Source: a virus (lineage: Duplodnaviria; Caudoviricetes). Taken from it: a stretch of DNA of 46,451 nt. The stretch's first letter is position 1; the number at the start of each line of letters is the position of its first letter. A program made the translations under genes and the position numbers. The DNA lies in IMG/VR virus record IMGVR_UViG_3300032218_002092, positions 1-46,451 of that record; one strand, written 5' to 3'. This document shows, in pieces, positions 19,994-28,807 of the stretch. The notes beneath the pieces are model-generated. The model was not told where the DNA came from, searched no databases, and was given only the letters and a program-made list of their open reading frames with translations.

Positions 19994-20643
19994 AATTTAC
20001 AATCAATCTCAATAAAAGTATTTTCAAATTGTTTAGCCAACTCAATCATTCTGTCGGTTGTTGTTTCATTTGTTTCTTGTAATTCAATAAATTCTTCCAA
20101 TAATTCTTCACGAATATATGGTAATTCCAATTCCTCTTGTATATCATCAAAATGATGCCAATCAAGTTTAAACCATTCTCGATTCACTCTTTCATTTGCA
20201 AACCTCTCATGCAAATATTTTTCCATTTTTTTTGCCCATGGTATTTCATCAGATTGAAATATCACGTGTAAATCTTTCCAATGAGAGGAATTTAATTGAG
20301 ATAATCTTCCTTGAACCGAACTGACGGTGTAACCAATCTTAACAGGTTCATTGAAATCTTCACCTTCAACTCCAATAATGTAAACATAGCCATATTCTCT
20401 TTCAACCGAATAATTATATGCATATTGTTCTATCAAAGTTTTTTTGCGTTCTGGTTTTACAGAAACAACTTCTTGATTTTTTTTATCTTTACGCAAACGA
20501 ATGGATTTTGTTCCATTCTTTTTTGCTTCACGCAAAGCTTTGGTACATTCAATACAATCAGGATATTTTTCGTGTTTTAACATCGCCTTATAAAAAAGGT
20601 TTTCAGGCAAAATTAAACCACACGAATGACATTTATAATTCAT
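19990..20643 (-). CDS. T5orf172/GIY-YIG-family nuclease-domain protein with N-terminal Cys4 motif
   Basis: CHSC...CIEC; GYVYII...VKIGYT...RL-x-QL...E-x-x-LH...EWF; start taken at MNYKC. Confidence 0.8.
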   Translation of the reverse strand: MNYKCHSCGLILPENLFYKAMLKHEKYPDCIECTKALREAKKNGTKSIRLRKDKKNQEVVSVKPERKKTLIEQYAYNYSVEREYGYVYIIGVEGEDFNEPVKIGYTVSSVQGRLSQLNSSHWKDLHVIFQSDEIPWAKKMEKYLHERFANERVNREWFKLDWHHFDDIQEELELPYIREELLEEFIELQETNETTTDRMIELAKQFENTFIEIDCKL

Positions 20644-20654
20644 AATATATTTTT

Positions 20655-20747
20655 CACCATATTGAAGCACTCACCGGCGTTTCGCCTTGCTACCAGAATA
20701 ATCGGTTCGGGTAAATGCTTCAATATGGCGGCCTCTCCCGAGGGGCC
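20655..20747 (-). ncRNA. Structured RNA element: 21-bp stem closing two small hairpins, preceded by a GC hairpin
   Basis: CGCCAUAUUGAAGCAUUUACC pairs with GGUGAGUGCUUCAAUAUGGUG using G-U pairs only on the minus strand. Confidence 0.7.
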
Positions 20748-20759
20748 ATATCTTACTGC

Positions 20760-21095
20760 TTACGCTGTAACAGGTTGGACAGAAACAGGTTTTACAGTAG
20801 CAACAGGTGCTGATTGTTTAGCAACTGCGCCTTTGTAACGGCCATTCTTGTCGAACTCTGTGAAGTTAACCAACTGATACGCTTGAACCTTGCGACCGTT
20901 CTTGATAACTTTCACAATACCACCATCTTTACGAATATTATAGATGTTGGTCGAGAGGCGGTACAGCACCGCTTCTTGGTCTGTGCCTTTAAATACATCA
21001 GCAATTTCTTGTGGTGATACTGGTTTACCTGAAAGCATTACTTGGGTAATTTTCTCATGACGGTTTACCTTACCTTTGCGAACTGTTAAAGCCAT
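20760..21095 (-). CDS. Putative winged helix-turn-helix DNA-binding protein
   Basis: VSPQEI...YRLSTNIYNIRKDGG-x-x-K...AYQL pattern; basic; own promoter. Confidence 0.55.
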   Translation of the reverse strand: MALTVRKGKVNRHEKITQVMLSGKPVSPQEIADVFKGTDQEAVLYRLSTNIYNIRKDGGIVKVIKNGRKVQAYQLVNFTEFDKNGRYKGAVAKQSAPVATVKPVSVQPVTA

Positions 21096-21149
21096 TGTAT
21101 AAAACTCCTAATCAAATTAAACATAATATAAAATACTACACGAACTACC

Positions 21150-21178
21150 ATTGTATCACAAAGACGCTTGATTGGCAA
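21150..21178 (-). promoter_or_regulatory. sigma70-like promoter TTGCCA-N17-TACAAT
   Basis: Direct reading; no dyad upstream. Confidence 0.65.
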
Positions 21179-21199
21179 GCGTTCCTTGGATGTTTACCA

Positions 21200-22387
21200 C
21201 TATTGCTGTGCCGGTGTTTCGGTACTTGCAACTGTGGTACTTGTATTCGCTGGTGATTCAACGGTGCTATCCACTTTTGAATACAAATCTAAAAATGCCA
21301 TTTTTGTTTCAGTATCAAAACGATTCACGCATAAAGTAATGGCTTTCATTCTATCTTTGAAGATACCAAATGCCTTGGCAATATGCACCAATCGGCGAGT
21401 AGAAATAATCTCATCAGTAGCGCCTTGGTCAAACGATTGGCGGACTACATCTGCCCATTGGCATAGATTCTCAACAAATTCTTTATCATCAATTAATGGC
21501 GTAAGAATTTTCTTCTCAGTTTTGGCATCAGGATATTCCTGTTCTACTGTGATTGGAAATCTTTCTAAAAAAGCATCATCAAGCACTTGTGATAGATAAC
21601 GACCTTCTTCACTACCACGACCTTTAGTATTGGCAGTAGCAATCACGGTGAAACCATTGGCAGGTTTTACAACTTCGCCAGTTTTCTTATTGTAATAAGG
21701 TTTGCCTTCAAGAATGCCTTGCAAACACATTAACTTATTGGAACCACGGTCTACTTCGTCAATCAATAACACGGCACCTTTTTTCATCGCAAGCAAAACG
21801 GGGCCATCACGATTGACCACATTACCATTGATAAGTGTGGGACCACCAAGCAAATCGGTTTCGTCAGTTTCGATGGAAATATTCACACGAATACATTCAC
21901 GATTCAATTCAGCACACACTTGCTCGACCATTAAAGTTTTGCCGTTGCCTGATAAACCAGTAATGAATATAGGATAAAAAGATTTTGATTTTACAATACT
22001 GAACAAATCTTTATAAAAACCAAAAGGCACATAACCTTCAAATTTAGTAGGCACGGCAGAATCAGATTCATCAATCATTCGAGGTTGACGGAACTCCAAT
22101 ACTTGTCCGCCATTAACAACTGCTGAATTTTGTAGTGCAACCGCCAATTCTTCTTCAACTACGGGCGCCGAAACTTTGGCAGTTTTCTTGGTGCCAATAT
22201 TGGGCAACAAATACTCACCACGGGGACCATTACGATATTCTTCTTTCGTTACAAACCAATATGGATAAGGAACACCTGATTCTGATACTACGTGGGCGAT
22301 GCCATCTCTGGTCAATACTGCGCCAACGCCAAAGATTTTCTCTGCCGCTTCTACGAAAGCGATGCCGTTTTTATTTAATTTGCTCAT
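21200..22387 (-). CDS. cobS: CobS-like / MoxR-family AAA+ ATPase
   Basis: FITGLSGNGKT, RVNISIETDE-x-DLLG, LLIDEVD, TANTKG-x-G, AFLERF, ISTRRLV. Confidence 0.88.
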   Translation of the reverse strand: MSKLNKNGIAFVEAAEKIFGVGAVLTRDGIAHVVSESGVPYPYWFVTKEEYRNGPRGEYLLPNIGTKKTAKVSAPVVEEELAVALQNSAVVNGGQVLEFRQPRMIDESDSAVPTKFEGYVPFGFYKDLFSIVKSKSFYPIFITGLSGNGKTLMVEQVCAELNRECIRVNISIETDETDLLGGPTLINGNVVNRDGPVLLAMKKGAVLLIDEVDRGSNKLMCLQGILEGKPYYNKKTGEVVKPANGFTVIATANTKGRGSEEGRYLSQVLDDAFLERFPITVEQEYPDAKTEKKILTPLIDDKEFVENLCQWADVVRQSFDQGATDEIISTRRLVHIAKAFGIFKDRMKAITLCVNRFDTETKMAFLDLYSKVDSTVESPANTSTTVASTETPAQQ

Positions 22388-22766
22388 TTTTTACTTTCTC
22401 ACTATGTTTACATTTTCCACGATACGAATAACCAACACAACCACAAACATACTTACCACTAATTAACTGAACTGTATAAGTTTTACCTGAATCAGATTTC
22501 ACCTGCCAGTTAGGATAATCTTCCTGTTTTTCTTCTTCAATTACAACTGTTTTAGCAAAGGCATCTAATGCTTTGTGCCTTATCTTTTCAAACTTACGCC
22601 TACGAGTATCAAGTTTTAATGGATTTTTTAAAATAACAACTTCGCCATTACTTTCTTTTGCATATGCCAAAATATTGGATTTACCATCAAACAAGTATGT
22701 ATGATTCGGAACTTTAAATTCTGAATTATCCCATTCTGTAATTTCTTTATATGCACTAATGCTCAT
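22371..22766 (-). CDS. SWIM zinc-finger protein
   Basis: V-x-S-x-x-G-x-x-Y-x-V...CGC...CKH. Confidence 0.8.
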   Translation of the reverse strand: MSISAYKEITEWDNSEFKVPNHTYLFDGKSNILAYAKESNGEVVILKNPLKLDTRRRKFEKIRHKALDAFAKTVVIEEEKQEDYPNWQVKSDSGKTYTVQLISGKYVCGCVGYSYRGKCKHSEKVKNEQIK

Positions 22767-22867
22767 TGATAATATCCAATAAAATTAAAATAACCACACC
22801 AACAATTACGGTGATACCAAAACTAAACCAAAATTCTTCCATAGAATTTCTCACAATTTAAACGACC

Positions 22868-22929
22868 ATTATACACGTGCCACACGGTATGTCAATTACT
22901 TTCTGCTGAACTGTTGCTTTTTAGCAACA
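22868..22929 (-). promoter_or_regulatory. Promoter TTGACA-N16-TATAAT with upstream dyad
   Basis: -10 at 22868-22873, -35 at 22890-22895, dyad tgttg-ctttttag-caaca at 22912-22929. Confidence 0.8.
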
Positions 22930-23210
22930 CTCTGGTGATATTCCAAAACTCTCTGTGCCTTGGTATATGTCCAAGGGTGTCTATGATTCAAGTGGGCGCC
23001 TGTAGCACCAGTCCAATCGTAGAACTCAGCATCCATGAAGCCAATCTTCATACATTCTGGATGCGCCTTTTGGAGCGCCTCCAATTCGTCTGCCCAGCGT
23101 TGCCATTCGTCATCTGATACAATAGATTCATCCATCATATAATACAGGCAAGAATGGACTGCCATCTGTTTACGCCTCTGCAATATAATTTCTCTTGGTG
23201 TTCTATTCAT
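22896..23210 (-). CDS. Stand-alone NAD+-dependent DNA ligase domain Ia-like protein
   Basis: HSCLYY-x-x-DESIVSDDEW...EL-x-x-LQ-x-x-HPE resembles LigA N-terminal YY-x-x-D-x-P-x-ISD-x-EYD. Confidence 0.7.
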   Translation of the reverse strand: MNRTPREIILQRRKQMAVHSCLYYMMDESIVSDDEWQRWADELEALQKAHPECMKIGFMDAEFYDWTGATGAHLNHRHPWTYTKAQRVLEYHQSVAKKQQFSRK

Positions 23211-26200
23211 ATCCTTCAGCCCAAGTTATTTTTGGATTATCTCTTTCATACAATTCAATAATATCTTTTATATACCACATATCATCAGTTTCAAATGTAT
23301 TCAACCATTTAGTAAATCTACCCCAATCTTCGACAAGCATTGGTGCCAAATATAATTCTTCACCATATGGTCCCAATCCTTCACCACGACAATCAATACG
23401 ACCACAAGCATATTCTGTGATAATCTCAAACGCTTCAAATGATTCACCAGATTTTCTGCCAGTTAATTTAGAATCTTCTGTTAATGTTTTAATTACTGTT
23501 TTGCCAAAGCCACGGTCTTTATACCATTGTGTATTAACAGGTCCCATCCAATTTGTTGAATATCTAATTGTCATTAACACTCCGAATTAAAATCGTGCCA
23601 TTCTTGTGCTTCATCAGGTTGACCATCATAATCATCCTCATCAGCAACATAAACTTCTTTATAGATTGCTTTTACTTTTTCGGTTGGATATTCATCACGA
23701 CAAAATTCCAATACTTCTGAAACTTCATAAAAGCTGGTATAGATATTGCGACCAGACATAAATTCAACCATGTAAATATTTTCAAAATCTGAATCGTAAC
23801 TCATTACGCCAACCTTTCATATTCTTCAATAATTTCATTATTACTCATCAATTCGATTTTATCACGAACCAATTCTTCAACAGCAGCAAACAATTCACCA
23901 CGATTTAATGTTAGATAATAATTCATTTCATCGTGAACCAATGCTTCTACCATTCTTTCAATATTGCTGATGCTCATACATTCTCCTTAAACCAACTATC
24001 CCAAAGGTCACGCTCATTCATTTCTTGCACCAATTCTTCTTCGGTGTAATTCTGATAACCTTTGAAACCCCAATTTAAAACGGATTGAACACCATCAGAA
24101 CCAGATTCATAAAAGGTATTCAAATCATTATCAATAATGCAATTAATTAATTCTTGCTTTCTGCCCATATTCATTATCTCCCGCTTACGCATTTTTTGCC
24201 CATTGAACACCACGCTTGAAACCTTCTAACTCTGCACGAATACGAATGGTATCACGGTCACTCCGTTGATATACATCAAACGAATGAGCATAACGCTTGC
24301 GAGTAGAACCTTTGAAACCTGGTTGTGGACGGGGTCCACGAAACATTACATAATACTTGGTAAAATCAATAAACTGCTTGATTGCCTCATAATTATAAAC
24401 TGGACAAGCTTTATAAGTGGAACGAAAACCAGCAGGTGATTTGTGCATTTTAAACATTTCCTGCATAATGGTTTCTTTTTGTTTATAATCTAATTTCATA
24501 ATCTATTCCTATCTTACATAAGTGTGAAAAACATTCTCATACATTTCTACAATGGTATCATTATGTAATTCACGGTAGTTATTCTCTAATAATTGCACCG
24601 TCAGATTGAACAAATCTGCCTTTTTCATTTTTTGAATATCTTTAACATCTTCGGCAATCAATTCTTTGATATAATGGTCAATCTTTCTGCTCATTAGTAA
24701 CCTCTCACTTACTTAAATTGATAATACGATGGTCAAACTCCATAAAACTAATTTGATGGGGCACGAATACGATACGACCAACACGATTTTCTTTTTTTGG
24801 TTTAGTTTCTAGTTTATGGAACTTGTCCGCTGTCACGGTAATTTTAAAGCAATTATAACCAGGTTCATTACAATTTGCCTGCTCTACAATACCTTCCACA
24901 AAAGCGTCATCACGACCTGCACAAGGAGCAAAATCATAGGCACGAATCAAATCACCGTTTTTTGCAATATTTGTAAATTTCATATAATTTCCTCTCAATC
25001 AATCAATAAAAACCATTATACACGTACCACATGATACCACAAGCATTGTGTCAGATTAACGCTTATAAACTTGGTCTTTACTTTTAATAATGTTGTATCC
25101 ATACAACAGCTTTTGTTCCACAAACAATTCTGCAATCGCTTGGTGGTCTTGAAAACCTTGTTGCAACGATTTTAATTCACTTACCACAAAATCCCATGTA
25201 TTCATATCAACCTTCCAATGTAATATCTTCAATTTCCAAGAAATCTTTATCTTCATTAAAATCATCACCTAAATCGGTTTTGATTTTATTCAAAAAGCTC
25301 CGAGCAGCTTCATATTCTGTAAATGCTCTGAGATTCAACCATTCTGTATAACCGACCGATTCTTCATATCGACCAGATTTTACCAAGTAAACACTAACCA
25401 TTTTTCTAACCTCTACTTAAAAATAACATTATCAAATAACCGATACCATCAAATGCTTTTAATAAAGCAAACATCAACAATGACAATATCACCATATTAT
25501 AACCAAATCGCTTTGCCGTCATTATTCAACCTTTTCAATACCAAGAATAATGCCTTGTGTCATATACACATGATTGGCATATTGAATTGCCAACTCCAAA
25601 CTTTCAAACTCATCACCACCACAACAAAATACAGGTTTCATATACACCTCCGTTAATAATCTTACTAATAACCACTCATGGAATGGTTATTATAAAATTA
25701 CACTACCTCATCATAGATGGGTTGCACATCACCTTCCAGAACCTCATAGTTCCAATCCGTGATATCCTCACCACGATTGAATTGCTCCCATATTGATTCC
25801 GCTACCCATGCCAGTTTATCGGCATCTTCCACAACCATTTCAATGGTCAATCTTACTTTTTTGTAACCTGTGCTCATACTATCTCCTTATACCAATGCCG
25901 TCTTAATATCATTATCAGATAATAATACCATAGTGGTAGGTTCCGTTCTCCAACGCAATTGGATAGGTTTATCTAATAATACATGATATAATCGTGTTGC
26001 CGATTTACCAAAACCACTTATATGAGAATCTGTAATAAGACCAGATACTTCAAAGCGACCATAATTCCCTTTGACATATACACCATTACCAATAAATCTA
26101 TTCATTATTATTCTCCATGTCCAACCAAGTATCAAATTCTTCCTGATAAGCACTTGGATTCAGATTAAACAATATCTCCGATGCTGAATACTTAATACCA

Positions 26201-26477
26201 GAGATTTCTACACCACCATTATTATTATCAAAGTAATAATTAAATTCTTCGATTAACCGCTTAGTACCACTCATTTACATACCTCATATAATCGGTCAAA
26301 CATAATATCCAAATCAATATCATCATTTTTATCATAATAAGGACTATCTTCATCCTTAATATCATCGGTAATAGCAGATAAACCATTATAGATTAAATCC
26401 AACTGATTATCTGATAATACAGTAGATGATACATCCTGACCATTTACCACTCTGGTAATTCTATATGTAATACTCAT
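23203..26477 (-). CDS. Cluster of about 14 small hypothetical early ORFs
   Basis: ORF track (23203-23580, 23574-23804, 23974-24213, 24185-24499, 24509-24694, 24705-24998, 25056-25268, 25207-25401, 25887-26153, 26271-26477) plus shorter manual ORFs such as 25698-25877; strong GGAG/GAGG RBSs. Confidence 0.6.
25015..25042 (-). promoter_or_regulatory. Promoter TTGTGG-N16-TATAAT
   Basis: Same architecture as the 18439 promoter; no clear dyad. Confidence 0.65.
25661..25697 (-). repeat. Conserved intergenic RNA hairpin, copy 1
   Basis: + strand CTTACTAATAACCACTCATGGAATGGTTATTATAAAA. Confidence 0.8.
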
Positions 26478-26509
26478 AATAATATTCCTTAATCAATTTA
26501 ATAACAACC

Positions 26510-26539
26510 ATTATACTACGGAACCATATAATATGGCAA
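26510..26539 (-). promoter_or_regulatory. Promoter TTGCCA-N18-TATAAT with degenerate dyad at 26555-26572
   Basis: Direct reading; cgttg-tattttgg-cactt retains one half-site. Confidence 0.55.
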
Positions 26540-26770
26540 TAATAATTGATAATCCGTTGTATTTTGGCACTTAATCATACTCAATATAACAAAAACGATA
26601 ATAAAGCGAACCACTTATAATATAAAGTAATAACCTATATTACTAAAAGTAATAACCTCGCAGGACGCTTCGCAAAATGGTAGTACCAAGCATAGCTTAG
26701 TCTGTATTTGCCATCCACCGTTCTTCCTAATAATAATCCGCATGGTTCCTGAGCGTTTTTACCGTTATAT

Positions 26771-26822
26771 CTTACTAATAACCTCTCAATATCTCTAATA
26801 ATATCAAGAGGTTACTATAAAA
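26771..26822 (-). repeat. Conserved intergenic RNA hairpin, copy 2 (extended stem)
   Basis: + strand CTTACTAATAACCTCTCAATATCTCTAATAATATCAAGAGGTTACTATAAAA. Confidence 0.8.
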
Positions 26823-26834
26823 CATATCAGAGCA

Positions 26835-27614
26835 TTATGCTGCTATCTTAATAGTATACTGATAATCATTACCTACTGGATACTTAACGAAACCAGATAT
26901 ATCTTTTTTCGCTTTACCCTTTGCATATAATCCTACTATAACACCTTTTGGATCTAGAAAGCGTAAATCACTTTCATCGCCATTATATACTGTCATATTA
27001 TGATTAAAGAATTTCTCAGGCATTTTGGTACCTTTCTTAATACCAAATACTACAGCGATATTATATCCTTCTACTACTGCTTGCTTACAATCCATATAAT
27101 TACCATCTGCCATACTGAAGGTTAAATGATAATTAGGAATATGTTTTACTTTACGACCTAATACCTTGGTATAATCATAGAATTGAATATAACCAAATGC
27201 TTCGAATATATTAGAATAAGTGATATTACCCATGGTTACTGGATATTTCTCCCAGCTAATATCGGAAGTACCATTTAATCTGAATACTGGAGTTAATCCT
27301 AACCGTTTTGACTGCTTAATGGCGAGAATAATATCTTTATATAATAAGTGCATAAAGGTCTCACGGTCATTATAGAATAACTTAGTTTTACGAATACGTG
27401 CTTCTTGAATAGTATTAGTAAACTCACCTTTTTTAAACATACCACCACGACCGGCAGTATTAAGGCAGGCGGATATACAACCTGCTGTCGCTTTTGGGCA
27501 AGTATTATGACCAGATAATGTAGCGGGCGCCAAATGGAGAATATAGGTATTATAACCTTCTTTCATTCCCTTTAATGTTTTGGGATTACCCACGGATAAT
27601 AACTTTAAACTCAT
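26835..27614 (-). CDS. GP88-family phage protein (Cys-rich, possibly Fe-S binding)
   Basis: CP-x-A-x-x-GC-x-x-ACL-x-x-AGRG, RLNGTSD, FYDYTK, NYHLTFS, GDESDLRFLD, GL-x-AKG. Confidence 0.8.
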   Translation of the reverse strand: MSLKLLSVGNPKTLKGMKEGYNTYILHLAPATLSGHNTCPKATAGCISACLNTAGRGGMFKKGEFTNTIQEARIRKTKLFYNDRETFMHLLYKDIILAIKQSKRLGLTPVFRLNGTSDISWEKYPVTMGNITYSNIFEAFGYIQFYDYTKVLGRKVKHIPNYHLTFSMADGNYMDCKQAVVEGYNIAVVFGIKKGTKMPEKFFNHNMTVYNGDESDLRFLDPKGVIVGLYAKGKAKKDISGFVKYPVGNDYQYTIKIAA

Positions 27615-27668
27615 ATAATTCCTTTATAATAAAAATTTCAATCAATATAAAGTAGGACTACTAAACTA

Positions 27669-27706
27669 CTTACTAATAACCACTATTATCTAATGGTTAT
27701 TATAAA
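27669..27706 (-). repeat. Conserved intergenic RNA hairpin, copy 3
   Basis: + strand CTTACTAATAACCACTATTATCTAATGGTTATTATAAA. Confidence 0.8.
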
Positions 27707-27710
27707 CAGT

Positions 27711-27926
27711 TTAAGCTAATTTAGCTTGTAATTTTGCCAGTTTATCTTGAGCTGCTTTAATCTGAGCTTCGATTTTCTGCTTTTTCTCAATCTCTTTAGC
27801 TTGCTTTAATGACTGCTTATTAACCTTAGATAATAATACATCATTTTTAATTAAATCTTTTAATGATTTTGCTAAAGCACGTTTATCTGCTAATGGTAAT
27901 GCTTGGATGGTGTCAAATAATAACAT
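27711..27926 (-). CDS. Basic coiled-coil hypothetical protein
   Basis: K/A/Q-rich helix; AAGGA RBS. Confidence 0.65.
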   Translation of the reverse strand: MLLFDTIQALPLADKRALAKSLKDLIKNDVLLSKVNKQSLKQAKEIEKKQKIEAQIKAAQDKLAKLQAKLA

Positions 27927-27940
27927 AATGTATTTCCTTA

Positions 27941-28312
27941 TTAAAGTGTGATTTTATTAGATAATGCTACTACAAATGATTTACTGCTATATTTTCTCGA
28001 TTTTCTTGGTTTAGCAGTGATAATACGACCGCCATTATTGAGATAATCTAGAATATCTTGCTGAATTTGAATATCTTGCTTAATCTTCTTATTCTCAATA
28101 TTCTCATAAACTACATTACCGGTAAATCGTTTAGCGATAATATTACATTCTGCTAATTCCGATATTGCATTATTCACTGCTGCTTTTTTAGCAGCATTTT
28201 CTTGGCGCTTAATGGACTTAATATCCTGATTAACGCAAGATAATAACTGCTTTAATTCCGATATACTCATATTAGATAATGCGCTAATATCAGTATTATT
28301 ATTGATTGTCAT
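27941..28312 (-). CDS. Helical protein with a C-terminal SutA-like RNAP-binding motif
   Basis: IQQDILDYLNNGGRI...KYSSKSF resembles Pseudomonas SutA AMEEFLSRGGKV...KYGSRPI (recalled from memory); AAGGAG RBS. Confidence 0.55.
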   Translation of the reverse strand: MTINNNTDISALSNMSISELKQLLSCVNQDIKSIKRQENAAKKAAVNNAISELAECNIIAKRFTGNVVYENIENKKIKQDIQIQQDILDYLNNGGRIITAKPRKSRKYSSKSFVVALSNKITL

Positions 28313-28338
28313 ACTGGATAATACTCCTTATAATATAG

Positions 28339-28413
28339 TGTTGTATCGGAACAACAGCTCCGAGCGAAAATTTGTCCACTCTTGGAGTATACACGTTCTG
28401 GTAGAATTGTCAA
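28339..28413 (-). promoter_or_regulatory. Promoter TTGACA-N16-TATACT with the dyad downstream of the start site
   Basis: -35 at 28408-28413, -10 at 28386-28391, dyad tgttg-tatcggaa-caaca at 28339-28356 between promoter and RBS. Confidence 0.75.
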
Positions 28414-28800
28414 GCGCTGATTGGAGCCAGCTCCAGAGGGTCGGGGGTGCGGTTAATAGTAGACCGGACTGCTGGAGTATTATGAGGCTCTGAGGGGGAC
28501 TGAGGAGGACTGCTGTTTTAAGCGCTCTAGAGCCGTGACTGGTCTAGTGCGGATGTAAGCGCTCAGAGGCGCACAGGACAGCTATATGGTGGTAAGGGGG
28601 AGGGGGTGGTGTGAAGCGATAAGCGAAAAGAAAAAAACGTGTTTCCAGGTCAAACTCTTTTTTTCAAATTTTTATTTTCTGGGGCTTCCGAGAGGATTTC
28701 GAATTTTTTCAAATAAGAACCACAGGTACAGTTTCTACCCTGTTTGCAATTCGCATTACAGGAACTTGTATTCTTAAAAAATTTTTTCAGGACCGTCCAC
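28414..28800. other. GC-rich, G-skewed non-coding island followed by A/T tracts
   Basis: No credible ORF; G runs, three AGCGCT sites, GCTCTAGAGC palindrome, tandem TGAGGRGGAC. Confidence 0.6.
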
Positions 28801-28807
28801 AGAGTTT

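Noticed and set aside
20655-20747. Hammerhead ribozyme or tRNA
   Set aside because: CUGGUAG...GAAA does not fit the CUGAUGA core with the required stems; no cloverleaf or TTC T-loop
25044-25061. Additional dyad copy upstream of the 25015 promoter
   Set aside because: Three mismatches (CATTG-N8-TAACG) and out of helical phase with the other copies
25661-27706. CRISPR array made of the three hairpin repeats
   Set aside because: Copies are about 1 kb apart with genes between them, differ in length, and no cas genes are present
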